A stretch of 42,853 bases of DNA from Catajapyx aquilonaris (lineage: Eukaryota), in contig KZ538020.1 of the NCBI GenBank assembly GCA_000934665.2, forward strand, positions 186,001 to 228,853, in the 5' to 3' direction. Positions within the stretch are counted from its first letter, which is position 1; the number at the start of each line of letters is the position of its first letter. The notes below the pieces were generated by a model, which made no database searches, was not told where the DNA came from, and saw only the letters and a program-made list of their open reading frames with translations. Below, piece after piece: positions 14,275 through 25,308 of this stretch. Position numbers and translations under genes: made by a program.

Positions 14275-14531
14275 AAGAGGTCTCAAACATGAGGCCCGCG
14301 GTCAACCCAATTGCTGCCCCACGGTCCTATCTCATGTTGTTGAAAGTGACTACTAGTAACTTGGCATCTGTTACGGATTTTATAATATGCACATCTGTAA
14401 TTTTAGAATTCCACTGTACTTTGTCAGTTACATTCACCTAAGCTTGTGTGACCTTGAACACACACACAGACCCGAGCTAAAGTTCACGCAAACTGGTGTG
14501 GCCCTCTATCAAATCGAGTTGGAGACCCCTG
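14275..14531. mobile_element. hAT-superfamily MITE
   Basis: Termini aagaggtctcaaac and gttggagacccctg (CAGGGGTCTC-type TIR). Perfect 8-bp TSD gtttagag at 14267-14274 and 14532-14539. Confidence 0.82.
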
Positions 14532-16926
14532 GTTTAGAGTCGGCAGTCGTGGCTTCGCTTAGCGTAGTACTTTGACGTGTCGTAGCCCACATGTGACCTG
14601 AATTTGTCCTTCGAAGCAGTGACCAACTCCTCTTGCCTCCTGCGAACCAAGGCAGCTCAGGAACTGCATAATTTGGTAACCTGGTCGGGGCATGTTGCAT
14701 GAAGCTGGGGGTCGCCTCGGAGGTGCCCATAAAATATTTGGGAGCGTTTACGCCTCTGATGATCTTTGTCAATTATATCCGGGGGGGCAAGGGGTGGGGG
14801 TGGGAGAGAATAAGAGGAGGTGGAGGAAGGGGGGGGGGGGCTTTGCATTCCCCTAGGGAAATCAGAGGGGGCTTGTTGGGGGGAGAGTCGGCAGGAGAGG
14901 CCTTGGCGGCAATTATAGCCAACGACACCCCGATGGAATCTCCCTCAAGATTCCTGCGCCATCCGATGGAAAGGCACGGTGGTGAGCCTATTCTCCTTCT
15001 GCCCCCCCTCCATCCTCCCACCAACCAGCCAACCCCTTTCCCCTCCCTTCCCTCTACCACCCCAGAATTCGGCGGCATATTTAAGGGCCGCCCTGGTGTC
15101 AGGCCGCGTGCCATGATTCACTGCTCGGGTTAGGAAGACAGGTAGCAAGAGTATCCCAGAGTTCACCATCTCCGCCATAATTTACTTAGCCTGGATTGCA
15201 GCTTTTCAGCGCCTTGGCGGGCTTGTCTTTGAAAATTTCTCTTTATTACCCCCCGCCAGAAGAGCTTTAATGAAGAACGCCTTGAATTAATTAAAACCGT
15301 ACTTGTCGCCACTTTAACCTCGCCGTCCTTGTATCATTTCGGCTGCTTCTTCGGGAAGGGAGTTGGCGGGCAGCAAAAAGGGTTTCTCTCGCTCTCCCCC
15401 CTCTACAGCAACCTCCTATGGTGCCGCCCCTCCTGACACTTATTCCGAAGAAGAATATGAAAATACGGCCAGGCGGGGGAGGCAGCCCTCATCTTCACCC
15501 GGAATGGCGTTTCTAATCACATTCTTATTGTCCTGTCATCCCGAAGCGACTCCGCAGCCTTTTTGCTTCACCACCACTCCTTCTCCGTGCCTCCGCCCTA
15601 TCTTTTTCCAGAAAACACTCAGACTTACAGCCTTTCCCGGAGAAGGGGGACCCCTCTGTGATTCGGATACATGCAAAGTGAAGGCTTGCTAGGAAGGAAG
15701 GAATCAGCGTGATTTCAACCGCTCTATTCTCAAAATCTTGGGGAGCTGGGAAAATTTTGTTGCTTCATCATTATTCTCTTTGAGAATATTCAGCGATAGT
15801 GCATAGCGCGCCAAATTAGAGTGTGTTTGATCGTTGGATGTTCTTCAGGGGGAAAAAAAGGGGTAGTATGAGGAGAGTAGTTTTTTTTTTTTTTGGGGGG
15901 GGGGGGGGTTAAGTGCCCCTGGGATTTTGATTTATTTCGACAGTACGGGCAATGTGCGCTTGAGCATATCCCTTCTGGACCTGAATAATTTTGTTTGAGA
16001 TATATGGACTGCTTTGAAATATTTTTTGGGGGGGTACAATTTCGGATTTACTTCCCTTCCCTCTGAACTGAAAATTTTGAACTATTGAATTTATTTAAAT
16101 AGAAGAGCGCACAGCAAGGGCTATTGAAAATTCTAATCTCCATTTGCAACTGGGTAGGTTGCAAGAGGAGAGATTTGCGACACTGCTTAAAAGGGAGCTA
16201 CAAAGTGCAGGCTCCAGACTGGCAACACGGGATTTTTCTCTACCCCCCATCCCTTCCTTACCCCCCTCTTTTTCCTTACCCCCCCATTTTCTCAAGACTC
16301 ATCTTCCTCGTTTGTTAATTTAGTCCACGGGGGAGGAGCGATAACACTAACAGAATTTTCGTGTTTGGAGCCAATTGCGAGAAAAAAAAATCGGGAGATT
16401 TAAGGAGCGCGTCGCGTCCTATTCTCTTGGCCTTTTTATGAGACTCATTAATATGAAAAAGTTGAAATGAAAGCGAGCGAGTGGCGCAGAGGATGCTGCT
16501 TGCCTCCCCCCCTTCTCCCTTCTTCCCTCTACCCTCTCCCGCCCATCCCTCCCACTTCTTACCACTTGCCCCCCATCACTCCTCGGAAGGGTCGGGGGAT
16601 TCACAACAATATTTTCCAATACACTCCTGCTTGTCTGAAACTTCACTTTATAGCATCACAGGAATAAGAAAGTAGCGCTTCTGTCGCCGGCGCTATGAAA
16701 ATTTGTTAGCCTCGCTCAGGATGGGTTCAATGGAAGAAGTGGGTTTTTTTTGCATGTCAGCGTGTAGGTTGTAGCTTCGTCAACACCGACTTGCGACAAT
16801 ACGAGGATGGAAACTGTACAGATCTTGCAGTGTTATTGAAATAGGCATGCTTACTAAAGTTCAAGCTGATCATGAACCTGAACCAGAGTAAACATACACT
16901 AGAAAGAGCACGTTGGAATATGTAAA

Positions 16927-17247
16927 CACGGCCAGTCCCAGACTTACGTAAGTCGAATTTTACGTAACTCGGAACATCATCTTAAAAAGTTATACAGTGT
17001 ACTGCCCTATAGGATTGTCTGCGATGCCCAGAAGCGGGTCGCAAATGTCTGTCACGTGTAAACTGAGTCAGAGAATGAGCCTCAGCTAGCAGGTTCGAGT
17101 TCGCAAACTTTTTCTCGGATTTGGCTGCATTTTAAGTTACCTGTTCTGGGAGGGCGGTGGGGGTGTTATCACGTCGTATTTTAAAAAAAACATACATAAG
17201 TCAACATATATGGATTTCGGAGCTAGGTTAGTCGAGGACTTGCTATA
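16927..17247. mobile_element. Degenerate pogo/Tigger-like MITE
   Basis: Diverged TIRs gccagtcccagacttacg and ttagtcgaggacttgc; boundaries approximate. Confidence 0.45.
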
Positions 17248-18231
17248 CGTATGCCATTCTATGTTATGTTGTTTAAGAATGAGTTTACTGGCATTGTATT
17301 ATAGTACGAGTACCTTCATGTTGGCATACATGTAGCCCTAGTATTCTTGGTAGGCAGAGTTGCATTTTAAATTGTTTTCAGAGTGTGCCAGATACCCCTT
17401 TGCATTACTGATTAGTCACACATGCATGCGTGAAAAGGTTTGAAGATTTATATCGTACCTGCACGACAAAGCTAAGAACAAGTTCCAGGAATTTAAGGAC
17501 ACTAAGGGCCGGTTGCATCAACACAGGTCAAGGGTAACTCTCCGGCGAGGTGTTTGACAATGCCCAAAGAAAGATTTTCCATTATTTTGTGTAATACAAC
17601 CTGACATTAAAATTCTGCGTATGTGCCTTGTACTGTCTACTAGAAGAGTGAAAAGTTTATAACAGTTCTCTCAGCAAGAGTAGATAATGAACAGTGCCTT
17701 GAGGTTGCATGTTGTTTTGGTATAACGTGCGACCGCCGTGATCTCGTTGGGTCTCACTTGATCCACAAAGGTGCAAAAAAATTTTGGAGCCGGAATCAGT
17801 GGCAAAGCAAACAGGATCCTTTGTTACCACATATGTTACCCAAGTTTGGTAGATTGTGGTGTTTGGGGGGGGGGGGGGTTGCTGGGAAATTTTAAACTGA
17901 TTGTAATGCTACTTACGTATGCATTTTCATGGATTGCGAGTTAACTTGCGTAACTTGTTCCACCGTTGACGGCCTCTTTTATAAGGGAATATATAGTTGC
18001 GGGTTGCTTATCTTTGTTAGCGAGTGTTTACTAATTGCGAAACACTCCTTGAGTAGGATGCGGCATCTCTTCATCTGGAATCTAATGAAACTTATCTGTA
18101 GGCCTATACGTATAACGGAGTAGCCCCCGTTCGCAAAATCTATTCGCATTAGACAGGTTTCATATTCGCCGTCTTGGTAGGCTCCTTCGTGGTACATGGT
18201 CATTGAAACTTCTTTGGTTTGTGAATTTCAG

Positions 18232-18357
18232 GAGCTATTTAGTGGGCGATCGGATCCTGTCGTGTGGCCCTCGGGTGGAGGTGAAGAAAGCGGCGTGGCA
18301 CCCAGGCGGCCCACGAGACTCGCACCTGATCGTGCTGACCAACGACAATCAACTAAG
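18232..18357 (+). CDS. Nup88: Nup88 coding exon B
   Basis: ttcag acceptor and AG|gtcagt donor. Encodes (R)SYLVGDRILSCGPRVEVKKAAWHPGGPRDSHLIVLTNDNQLR, cf. NUP88 KHAAWYP...HVVLLTSDNVIR. Confidence 0.92.
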
Positions 18358-18415
18358 GTCAGTGCATCCCCGCACCGAAAAGGTGAGTACATTTTCACAC
18401 GGACTGTCATTACAG

Positions 18416-18584
18416 ATTGTACGAGGTGACCTCCGCAGAGAGCTGCGTCGCCGCACAGCAGACCATCCCTGTGGGCACCCTTCCGTCCTCCAGAATTGCA
18501 TATTTGGCCGCCTTGGGAGACACCGTTGTTTCCTTCGACTTCGCCCCGCCGATCACGTCGCAGACGGAACTTAAGTATTCTGTG
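18416..18584 (+). CDS. Nup88: Nup88 coding exon C
   Basis: Follows a 58-nt GT-AG intron. Encodes LYEVTS...AYLAALGDTVVSFDFAPP..., cf. NUP88 AYTASLGETAVAFDFGP. Donor GTG|gtatgt is phase 0. Confidence 0.9.
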
Positions 18585-18934
18585 GTATGTACTGAATCAT
18601 CTGTGGACCTGCTGCATATTCGCGCCATGAAGGACCGCGTGTCATTAGGCCCGCTTTGCGCCTGTGAGTTATACTGTGGGTGAGACAAGGGTGCGGTTGC
18701 TTGTAAGCCAGGATAAGCCGTTGTTCTCGGGAATGCATTTCATTGCCGTCATGTCGCGCTCATCAAATTATGACAACTGGCGACTGCATCTATATTGATT
18801 ACATCCTGAAATGTGCCCTGGGCAAAATAACTATCATGTTAATTTCGATTATTGTCTTGTACGATCTGTGGTTGTGTACTGGTTTTAGTGAATTGAAATG
18901 TAAGCATGGAGAATGAGCGTGTTTTTCGCTGTAG

Positions 18935-19062
18935 GTACCCTCCGTCGACGATGATGGCGCCAGTGTGCAGACTGAATACGTGCCTTCCACCTTGTGGCCA
19001 ATATTCCTACTGCGGGGGAACGGATACGTCTACATGCTTCTTACTTCACTGGCCAAGACAAG
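18935..19062 (+). CDS. Nup88: Nup88 coding exon D (not in the ORF track)
   Basis: tttttcgctgtag acceptor. Manual translation VPSVDDDGASVQTEYVPSTLWPIFLLRGNGYVYMLLTSLAKT, cf. NUP88 YPLYILYENGETF. Donor AG|gtacca is phase 2. Confidence 0.9.
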
Positions 19063-19178
19063 GTACCACAACATACTGAATGTCATTGTTTTGTATGATT
19101 AAACACCATGTGAAATGATGGGATTGGTAAAAACCATGCAAAACTGGGCAGTTTCCACCAAAATTGCTTATTTTTCAG

Positions 19179-19449
19179 GAGGCATTGTAAACCCAACATG
19201 ACTGGTCCCCTTCGAGTGTTCCCAGCAGCAGAGGACAACTATGGGGTGGATGCGTGTTCCTTGCTTTGCATGCAGACCCAGCCTCCAGTGCTGGCCATAG
19301 CCACTTGCTCTGGAACAATTCATCATGCCATTGCCATTGAGGCTAATGACTTCAGTGACTCTGGTGACGAAGGTGATGGTGATCTCAACGTAAATCAAGA
19401 AACATATGCCCTTCATAAGTCCTTGGCACGGACCAAACGGAGCATCAGC
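19179..19449 (+). CDS. Nup88: Nup88 coding exon E
   Basis: tttttcag acceptor. Encodes ...[41 protein letters not shown]..., close to the NUP88 motif [24 protein letters not shown]. Donor AGC|gtaagc. Confidence 0.95.
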
Positions 19450-19836
19450 GTAAGCTTTTTTCTTCTTTCTTTTTTCCCCCGATTGGATACAGCACTTGTT
19501 TGCTAAAGGCTACTCTTCATTTCAGCAAGTAGGGTATTTACATGTGATTAACAATTTCATGCAGTGGGAGTGATACTTATTTTGTACTGCATATGATTCT
19601 CATCTAAATTATGAGCAGTGGTGCTTCTGTTACATACGTAACTTGTGTTGAAAAATATTTATTACTGAGTTCTGTGGGCTACTCGGTTCTGAACCTACTT
19701 ATTTTGGAAATTTTTATGTGCATGTTCTCTTTATATGTAAAAAGTTTTACAATACCAAATTAGCTAAATGACCGTAAAACACCATAAGCCCAGGGATGGC
19801 GCGTAGGGGTCCCGGAGCCCCTCCAATGGTNNNNNN

Positions 19837-19867
<31 letters not shown>

Positions 19868-20067
19868 ATTCAGTGGCCCCACCGAGGATCGCGGAAAGGG
19901 AGGGAGAAGAGGATGAATTTTTATTATGGCCTTGAGCTATGGATTATGAATTTTTTGGAAAGTAAGTGGTCAAGAAAAAGAAAATTTTGCCTTTTTAACC
20001 ATCAATGATTCCAAAATTTTCGCGGCGGGCTATTGCTGTACAATCGACTTATTTATGATCGTTTCAA

Positions 20068-20427
20068 GGGGAGGTGTAGATGGCTGAGATGGTAACGTCT
20101 CGGCTTGCTGAGTGAATGGCCCCAGGTTCGATCCCCGCCTGGGGAACTTTCCTTTCACCTGTGTCGGGAGGGTCTTTGACCTGCACCTTGGAGGCGTCTG
20201 GCAACCTAACCTCCTGGGGAACAGCACATGACCACTTTACCGACATTGCACTTGCACCCCATGTTCCCTCCCCAAAAATCCCAATCCTGTCCCAATGTCC
20301 CTGTTTCCTTCCACCGGAGAATGAAGTTGAAAAATATATAGAAAACTGATGGTGGTGTGCCACCCCCCTATAGATCCCGTAAGGGACATCACGGGGTAAA
20401 ACAAAACAAACAAAATAATAATAATAA
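20068..20427 (+). mobile_element. tRNA-derived SINE, family 1, second copy (Nup88 intron)
   Basis: Colinear with 3924-4278 over the whole length: A/B boxes, body and catcacggggtaaa end, then an A-rich (AAT)n tail. Confidence 0.9.
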
Positions 20428-20483
20428 CATGATTATAAAGCTAGAGGCCGAAGTGAAAATGTTGGCACCATCGATGGTTTAAT

Positions 20484-20670
20484 CCCCAAGGGATGAAAAA
20501 CGCACCTAAAGTGACTTGTTCAAAATGACCCCTTTTTGGGGGGCAGAGGTCAACTCCTAAATGCCGAAAACTCACTGCTTTTCTTGAAATTCGGTGCATT
20601 GGTAGCCCCCAAAAAGGGGTAACTGGGTCATTTTGAGCAGGTCACTTTAGGTGCGTTTTTTATCCCTGGG
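20484..20670. mobile_element. Small MITE-like inverted-repeat element
   Basis: Arms of ~50 bp: ccccaagggatgaaaaacgcacctaaagtgacttgttcaaaatgaccc and gggtcattttgagcaggtcactttaggtgcgttttttatccctgggg. Confidence 0.65.
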
Positions 20671-21339
20671 GGGGGGGGGTGTTACCTAATTTCAAGAAAA
20701 TTGCCGAGACCTTGGAAAGTGTCCCTTGTGAGTTCGAGAGGTCATAACCTTTGACCTTGCATGGTTCCGCATAAACGGTTTCTTTAATAACTTCCCTGGC
20801 TATATTATTGCGCCAGGTTTCATTCAGCCACTCCATTATCAACACTTACAGTTCCCTTGTGAGATATGTATTCACCCTTACATTATTTAAAGAAGGTCTC
20901 CAATTACATTTTGCATTAATATTTTGGATTTTTCATTCATGAGATATTTGCCGTGAAACACAGGGTCCAATTAAAAAATAATAGTGCAGGAGACAGATTT
21001 GGCATCTGCGTTAGCAAAAATTAAAGACACAAACAGTCTGAGCGGGGGCCCTGCAAATGTCGGGGTCCAGAGAGGGAGGCCTCGCCTTTGACTCGGATGA
21101 CCAACCATTGCTCATAGTGCCACACCAGAATGACAATTCCACATTATGGAGAAGCTTACACAACTTTAAATAAATTTACTGTCATTTTCTGATAATAATA
21201 TGAACTTGTAGGGACACCTTATCATTTTAGCTGTTGGAAACTCGAAATTTATTTGTTAGTTCGTGTCGAAAATACACATTAATTTCGTAACAATCGTAGC
21301 CTACCTCTTTAAAAAAAGGTAGGCCTACACATGTTACAA

Positions 21340-21440
21340 ACCCAAGAGGACCCTGCTGCACGGGGCCTCTCGGGCACTGGGTCCGGGGCAGCCAGGGACA
21401 GAATTTGAACCCCGGACCTCCCGCTTGGCTGACTTTCATC
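21340..21440 (-). mobile_element. Degenerate tRNA-derived SINE head fragment
   Basis: The minus strand reads ...ccaagcgggaggtccggggttcaaattc..., a tRNA-like variable-loop/B-box segment. No tail or TSD identified. Confidence 0.4.
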
Positions 21441-21773
21441 TGTTCGAATATATTTTAAAAGTCCCTTCGCCGATGCAGTTTTGAGGACATTATTGACTGT
21501 GAAGAGTTGTCCGGGAGTCAGTGCGCCGTCCCACCAAAAAGTGGTTCCTGGTGGGCTTGGAGAGGTTGACACACCCGTGGTGCCAGTGCATTCGGTTCCG
21601 CCCTCGTATATCAATTCAACATAATTAGGCACCATTTTTCTTTTACCTTTGAAGCTATGCTGTTTCTTGTGACACTGCTCATAAATGGAATCAAAATCTA
21701 GAGGCTAATATTATAAGATTAATATTAATATTTGTGTGGGCTTGCAATGCAATGTTTTTTATTTCACTTGCAG

Positions 21774-22445
21774 AGTCAGTCATCCTGGCTTCCAAGTGAT
21801 GAGCTGGATGAAGACTTTCCTGGGACATGCTTGTATGTGTATGAGAGTGTGGAGCTTGAGCTAGGCCTGAAAGCTCGAGAAGATGATGACAACGTCAGTG
21901 ATGAGGGAGTCTCCAAGGGCAAAGCATCCAAAGAGCTGGGTTCCTATCCTGTGATGTTGTATCCTGATCCTTCCAACATTGGCCGTTACATGGCACTCCA
22001 TCCATGTGGCCTACATGCTGTGGCCACTCCTGTGGCATCCCACCTTCTGAAGTTGGCTGACATGCCAGATGAAGAAGGGCTGGAATGGCTGAGTGCCTTG
22101 GGATTGCCTGGAAGTGCTGTGGAACATCTGGTGTGCACACAGTTGTACCAGTCTCCACCCTTACCTGCACAGGGACTAGCAGTTACACTCCCACCTTGGG
22201 CTGCAATCATAATGATGCTGCCCTCTGGGCGAGCCATAAGCCTGCCCTTAGCTACAGCCCCGACTCTTGCCGCCCCACCACCACTAACCCAGTCAGATCT
22301 TCCCAGGGAGAATGGAGAGGAAGAGGAATTTGTTGCCCGGATTAATTCCATCCTGGCTCGTCCACATCGCCAGCCATTGCTGCAGGCACAATCATCTGAG
22401 CTCTCACGTCAGGCAAGCCTTCAGCTTCTGTGCCAGAGTACCCAG
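21774..22445 (+). CDS. Nup88: Nup88 coding exon F
   Basis: ttcacttgcag acceptor. LYVYESVELELGLK, VEHLVCT and LQLLCQSTQ match NUP88 LYVFECVELELALK, VEHILCT and LQLLSRATQ. Donor CAG|gtaaaa. Confidence 0.95.
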
Positions 22446-22712
22446 GTAAAATGATGTGTAGTGCACACTACCTACGAGTTGTGTTATTTTTATAAGGAGA
22501 AAGGAATTATGAATGGTACAAAACTGGCACAACATGAGTTTTTATTATTTTATGCTTAAAAACATGTGCAACACCTGCCACACAACTGTGTTGAAGTTGG
22601 TATCACTGACAATTGAGTAGCCTCCACATTTTCTCAACAATATTTCCCAGTGATATTTTATGTCGTTGTCTTTGCTCCAAACAAATAACAATATATCTTT
22701 CCTTATCCTATA

Positions 22713-23284
22713 CAGGGTGTAAATGAATTCAATCGACAAACTTGTTGGGGTAATAGAGGGAACCAAGACAAACATTTTTGACATAGGAAACCGTGTCCGG
22801 AAACGCCATCTAGAGGGGGTTCATAGACAAGGAACGGGTGCACTCAGACGCGTCACGCGAGAGGCGCTAATCGAGCGGACTGTTTTGTTGATAGATGACG
22901 CGCAGGTGTTGCCAGGTTATGGCGTATCGTGTCGTTGTAAGTAAACAACAACGCGATACGCCATAGTACCTGGCAACAACAAAACCGCTGTTGACTATCC
23001 GCGCGTCTGGCACGTCTCCTAGGAGGCGGACTTTAGTTGCTAGATGGCTCTGCTGTTGCCACGTTATGGCCATCGCATCGTTGGTTACTATCCGAGAGCC
23101 ATCTACCAACAAAACAATCCGCTCACCTAGCACCTCTCGCGTGACGCGTCTGAGCGCACCCGTTCCTTGTCTATGAACCCCCTCTAGATGGCGTTTCCGG
23201 ACACGGTTTCCTATGTCAAAAATGTTTGTCTTGGTCCCCTCTACCACACCTACAAGTTTGTCGATTGAATTCATTTACACCCTG
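22713..23284. mobile_element. Tc1/mariner-type MITE with long (~185 bp) TIRs in the Nup88 F-G intron
   Basis: TA|CAGGGTGTAAATGAATTCAATCGACAAAC...GTTTGTCGATTGAATTCATTTACACCCTG|TA. The mirrored ORFs at 22723(+) and 23274(-) reflect the palindrome. Internal hairpin at ~22908-22977. Confidence 0.9.
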
Positions 23285-23433
23285 TATAAGGGAAGTCCAT
23301 GAAAGTGTTTGAGAAATAAGGCGTATTGAGCCTATATGAAATATTCTGTGCAGATTGTTGACATATGAGAATAGTAAGATACTAGTGTTCTTCAGGTAAA
23401 AGATCTGCTGCTGAAATAGGCCCTTCTTTCTAG

Positions 23434-23900
23434 GTGCTGCGTGAAGAGCACATTCAGCGCCTGGACCATGTCCGAGACGAGATAGAACGCCGCTGCAAGC
23501 AGCAGAGCATGAGAAGGGAGCAGCAAGAGAATTTACTTGAAGCCCTCCAGATGGAGCGCCAGCAGCTGGGTGCCAATGCTGAAAGGCTTGCAGAGAAGTA
23601 CGAGGAGAGGAGGGACGCTCAGGAGCGCTTGATGGAACGCCTGGAGAGAGTCTTGGACTTGGCTCAGAGGCAGAGGCCAATGATCAGCGATGCAGAGAAG
23701 GCCATGAAAAAGGAAGTGGAGATGATTTTTGCAAATATGACCTCACTGCAAGTTTCAGTCGAGAGGATGATCAGAAAGCAAAAGGAAGAAGAGCAGGATG
23801 AGGGAAGGGAGATGGCGCAGTTGGAACAGACAAAGCGGAAGCTCAAGGGAAAGCTGGGTCCACAGCAAATTAACTGTCTTAAGGAGGTGCTACGCCTTGA
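23434..23900 (+). CDS. Nup88: Nup88 coding exon G (C-terminal coiled coil)
   Basis: ttctttctag acceptor. VLREEHI...AERLAEKYEE...PMISDAEKAMKKE matches NUP88 VFREQYI...AERLADKYEE...PVLSDSERDMKKE. Donor GA|gtaagt is phase 2. Confidence 0.95.
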
Positions 23901-24017
23901 GTAAGTATTAATCCATTTTAAACATTTCTGTGACGTTAGCCCCTTCAATTATCCAAAAGGATGGATCTATATGCAATCGAGGGATTCCCAACCTTATTGC
24001 CATACATCTATTGTTAA

Positions 24018-24433
24018 GGGACACTCCACTCAAAAAACAAGTTTTGCGCTAAAAATCAGGCAAAAAATCATTAATCTGAAGGTGCAATCCGTTTTTTGCT
24101 ATGCAGAACTGAACGGTAATCCCAGGGCAAGGGGTCAAAGTGGGTAAATTCAAATAGTGCACTAGAAGCTGGCCGTCCGCCAGCGACACCCTCGGGACCT
24201 TGGGAACTGGAGGGCTGCTCCCGCCTGCCCGCGGGCTTAGGCCCATCCCAGAGCGGTGCAGCCCTCCAGTTCCCCTGTTCCCCGCATGGCAGTGCTGCTC
24301 ATTAGCAGACAACACACTTTGACACCTCGCCCTGGGATTACCGTTCCTCGTAGCGAAAAACGAATTGCGCCGTCGGATTCAGGATTTTTTGCCCGATTTT
24401 TAGAGCCGAACATGTTGTTTGAGTGAAGTCCCT
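24018..24433. mobile_element. Non-autonomous DNA transposon flanked by TTAA (Kolobok-like) in the last Nup88 intron
   Basis: TTAA|gggacactccactcaaa ... tttgagtgaagtccct|TTAA. Imperfect arms of ~120 bp include aacggtaatcccagggc and gccctgggattaccgtt. Confidence 0.65.
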
Positions 24434-24928
24434 TTAAGAAGTCAGTCATTGTGAATGAAATGGCAACTGTAAAGTAGTTGATGCACAGCTGTTTAGGATA
24501 AACTATTGTTTAACAACGCGGTCGGGGTTGGACGGGCGGGGGGGCCTCCCGACGGTTGGCAACGTTCCGTCGCAAACACCCGGGTGCCTTGATACTGCTG
24601 CCAGCCAAATTCAAATGCCTTCACGGTTGCTTGACGAAGTGTCGTTCTTTGGGTTAACGGACTGCAGCAACCATCATGGCTTTCATATTTCCCACCTCCT
24701 TCATTAATACTGTGGTCCTAGCACTCGTCTGATCGGTTTGCGTGGCAGGGGTAACAAGACACCCTTTGTTGTGCTCTCCCGGCAACCGATTGTTTGCGAC
24801 CTGTAGCCAACATGTTTGGAGCCCACCACGCCTTCCCAACCCCACCGCATCGCTAGGTGCGGATAAACGATAGACTTTCCGCTGTTTATTTGTTTGATCA
24901 GGTTGATTAATATGCATTTTGTTCCCAG

Positions 24929-24995
24929 GACACAGAGGATTTCGGAGGCTGTTGCAAAGGTGAACTGGGCCAAGAGGAACTTGGGACTTCAGTGA
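24929..24995 (+). CDS. Nup88: Nup88 terminal coding exon (not in the ORF track)
   Basis: ttttgttcccag acceptor. The phase-2 join gives ETQRISEAVAKVNWAKRNLGLQ-stop, similar in length and hydrophobic spacing to the human C-terminus [27 protein letters not shown] follows at 25076. Confidence 0.85.
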
Positions 24996-25075
24996 CAGCA
25001 ATCACCGTACTGTTGCAAGCACAAATGAGTTATATGTGAAGGCCTGTTTTGTAGCAATTTTTCAGGATAAAATGA

Positions 25076-25081
25076 AATAAA
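25076..25081 (+). terminator. Probable Nup88 polyadenylation signal
   Basis: AATAAA about 80 nt after the Nup88 stop codon. Confidence 0.55.
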
Positions 25082-25308
25082 AATCAATGCAGCAACTAAG
25101 GGCCTCTTGCATGAATGCATAATAAGGTAAAATTTCAATGATGTGTTGAAATGACTTATGCACGATCAGGAGATTTTCCCCTTGATTTGTGTTCATGCAA
25201 CTGGGTTTCTAGTAATGCTTTAAAGATTTGATCGATTTGCATTTCTTACGGGCATGGCTTACGGGTTTATACGTGGTTTATACCAAAGAGAGAAGATATG
25301 GATTCAAG

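Noticed and set aside
19829..19866. Long poly-G run with Ns (also near 6622-6642)
   Set aside because: Low-quality homopolymer sequence; length is unreliable.
21440..21635. Minus-strand ORF segment ...TFWWDGALTPGQLFTVNNVLK...
   Set aside because: No recognisable family and no ATG start; it runs into a SINE fragment.
22723..23274. Mirror-image ORFs MNSIDKLVGV... on both strands
   Set aside because: Artefact of the MITE inverted repeats.
25228..25308. TTG-initiated N-terminal extension of TYW2 in the ORF track
   Set aside because: Eukaryotic gene; the first in-frame ATG at 25309 has good context.
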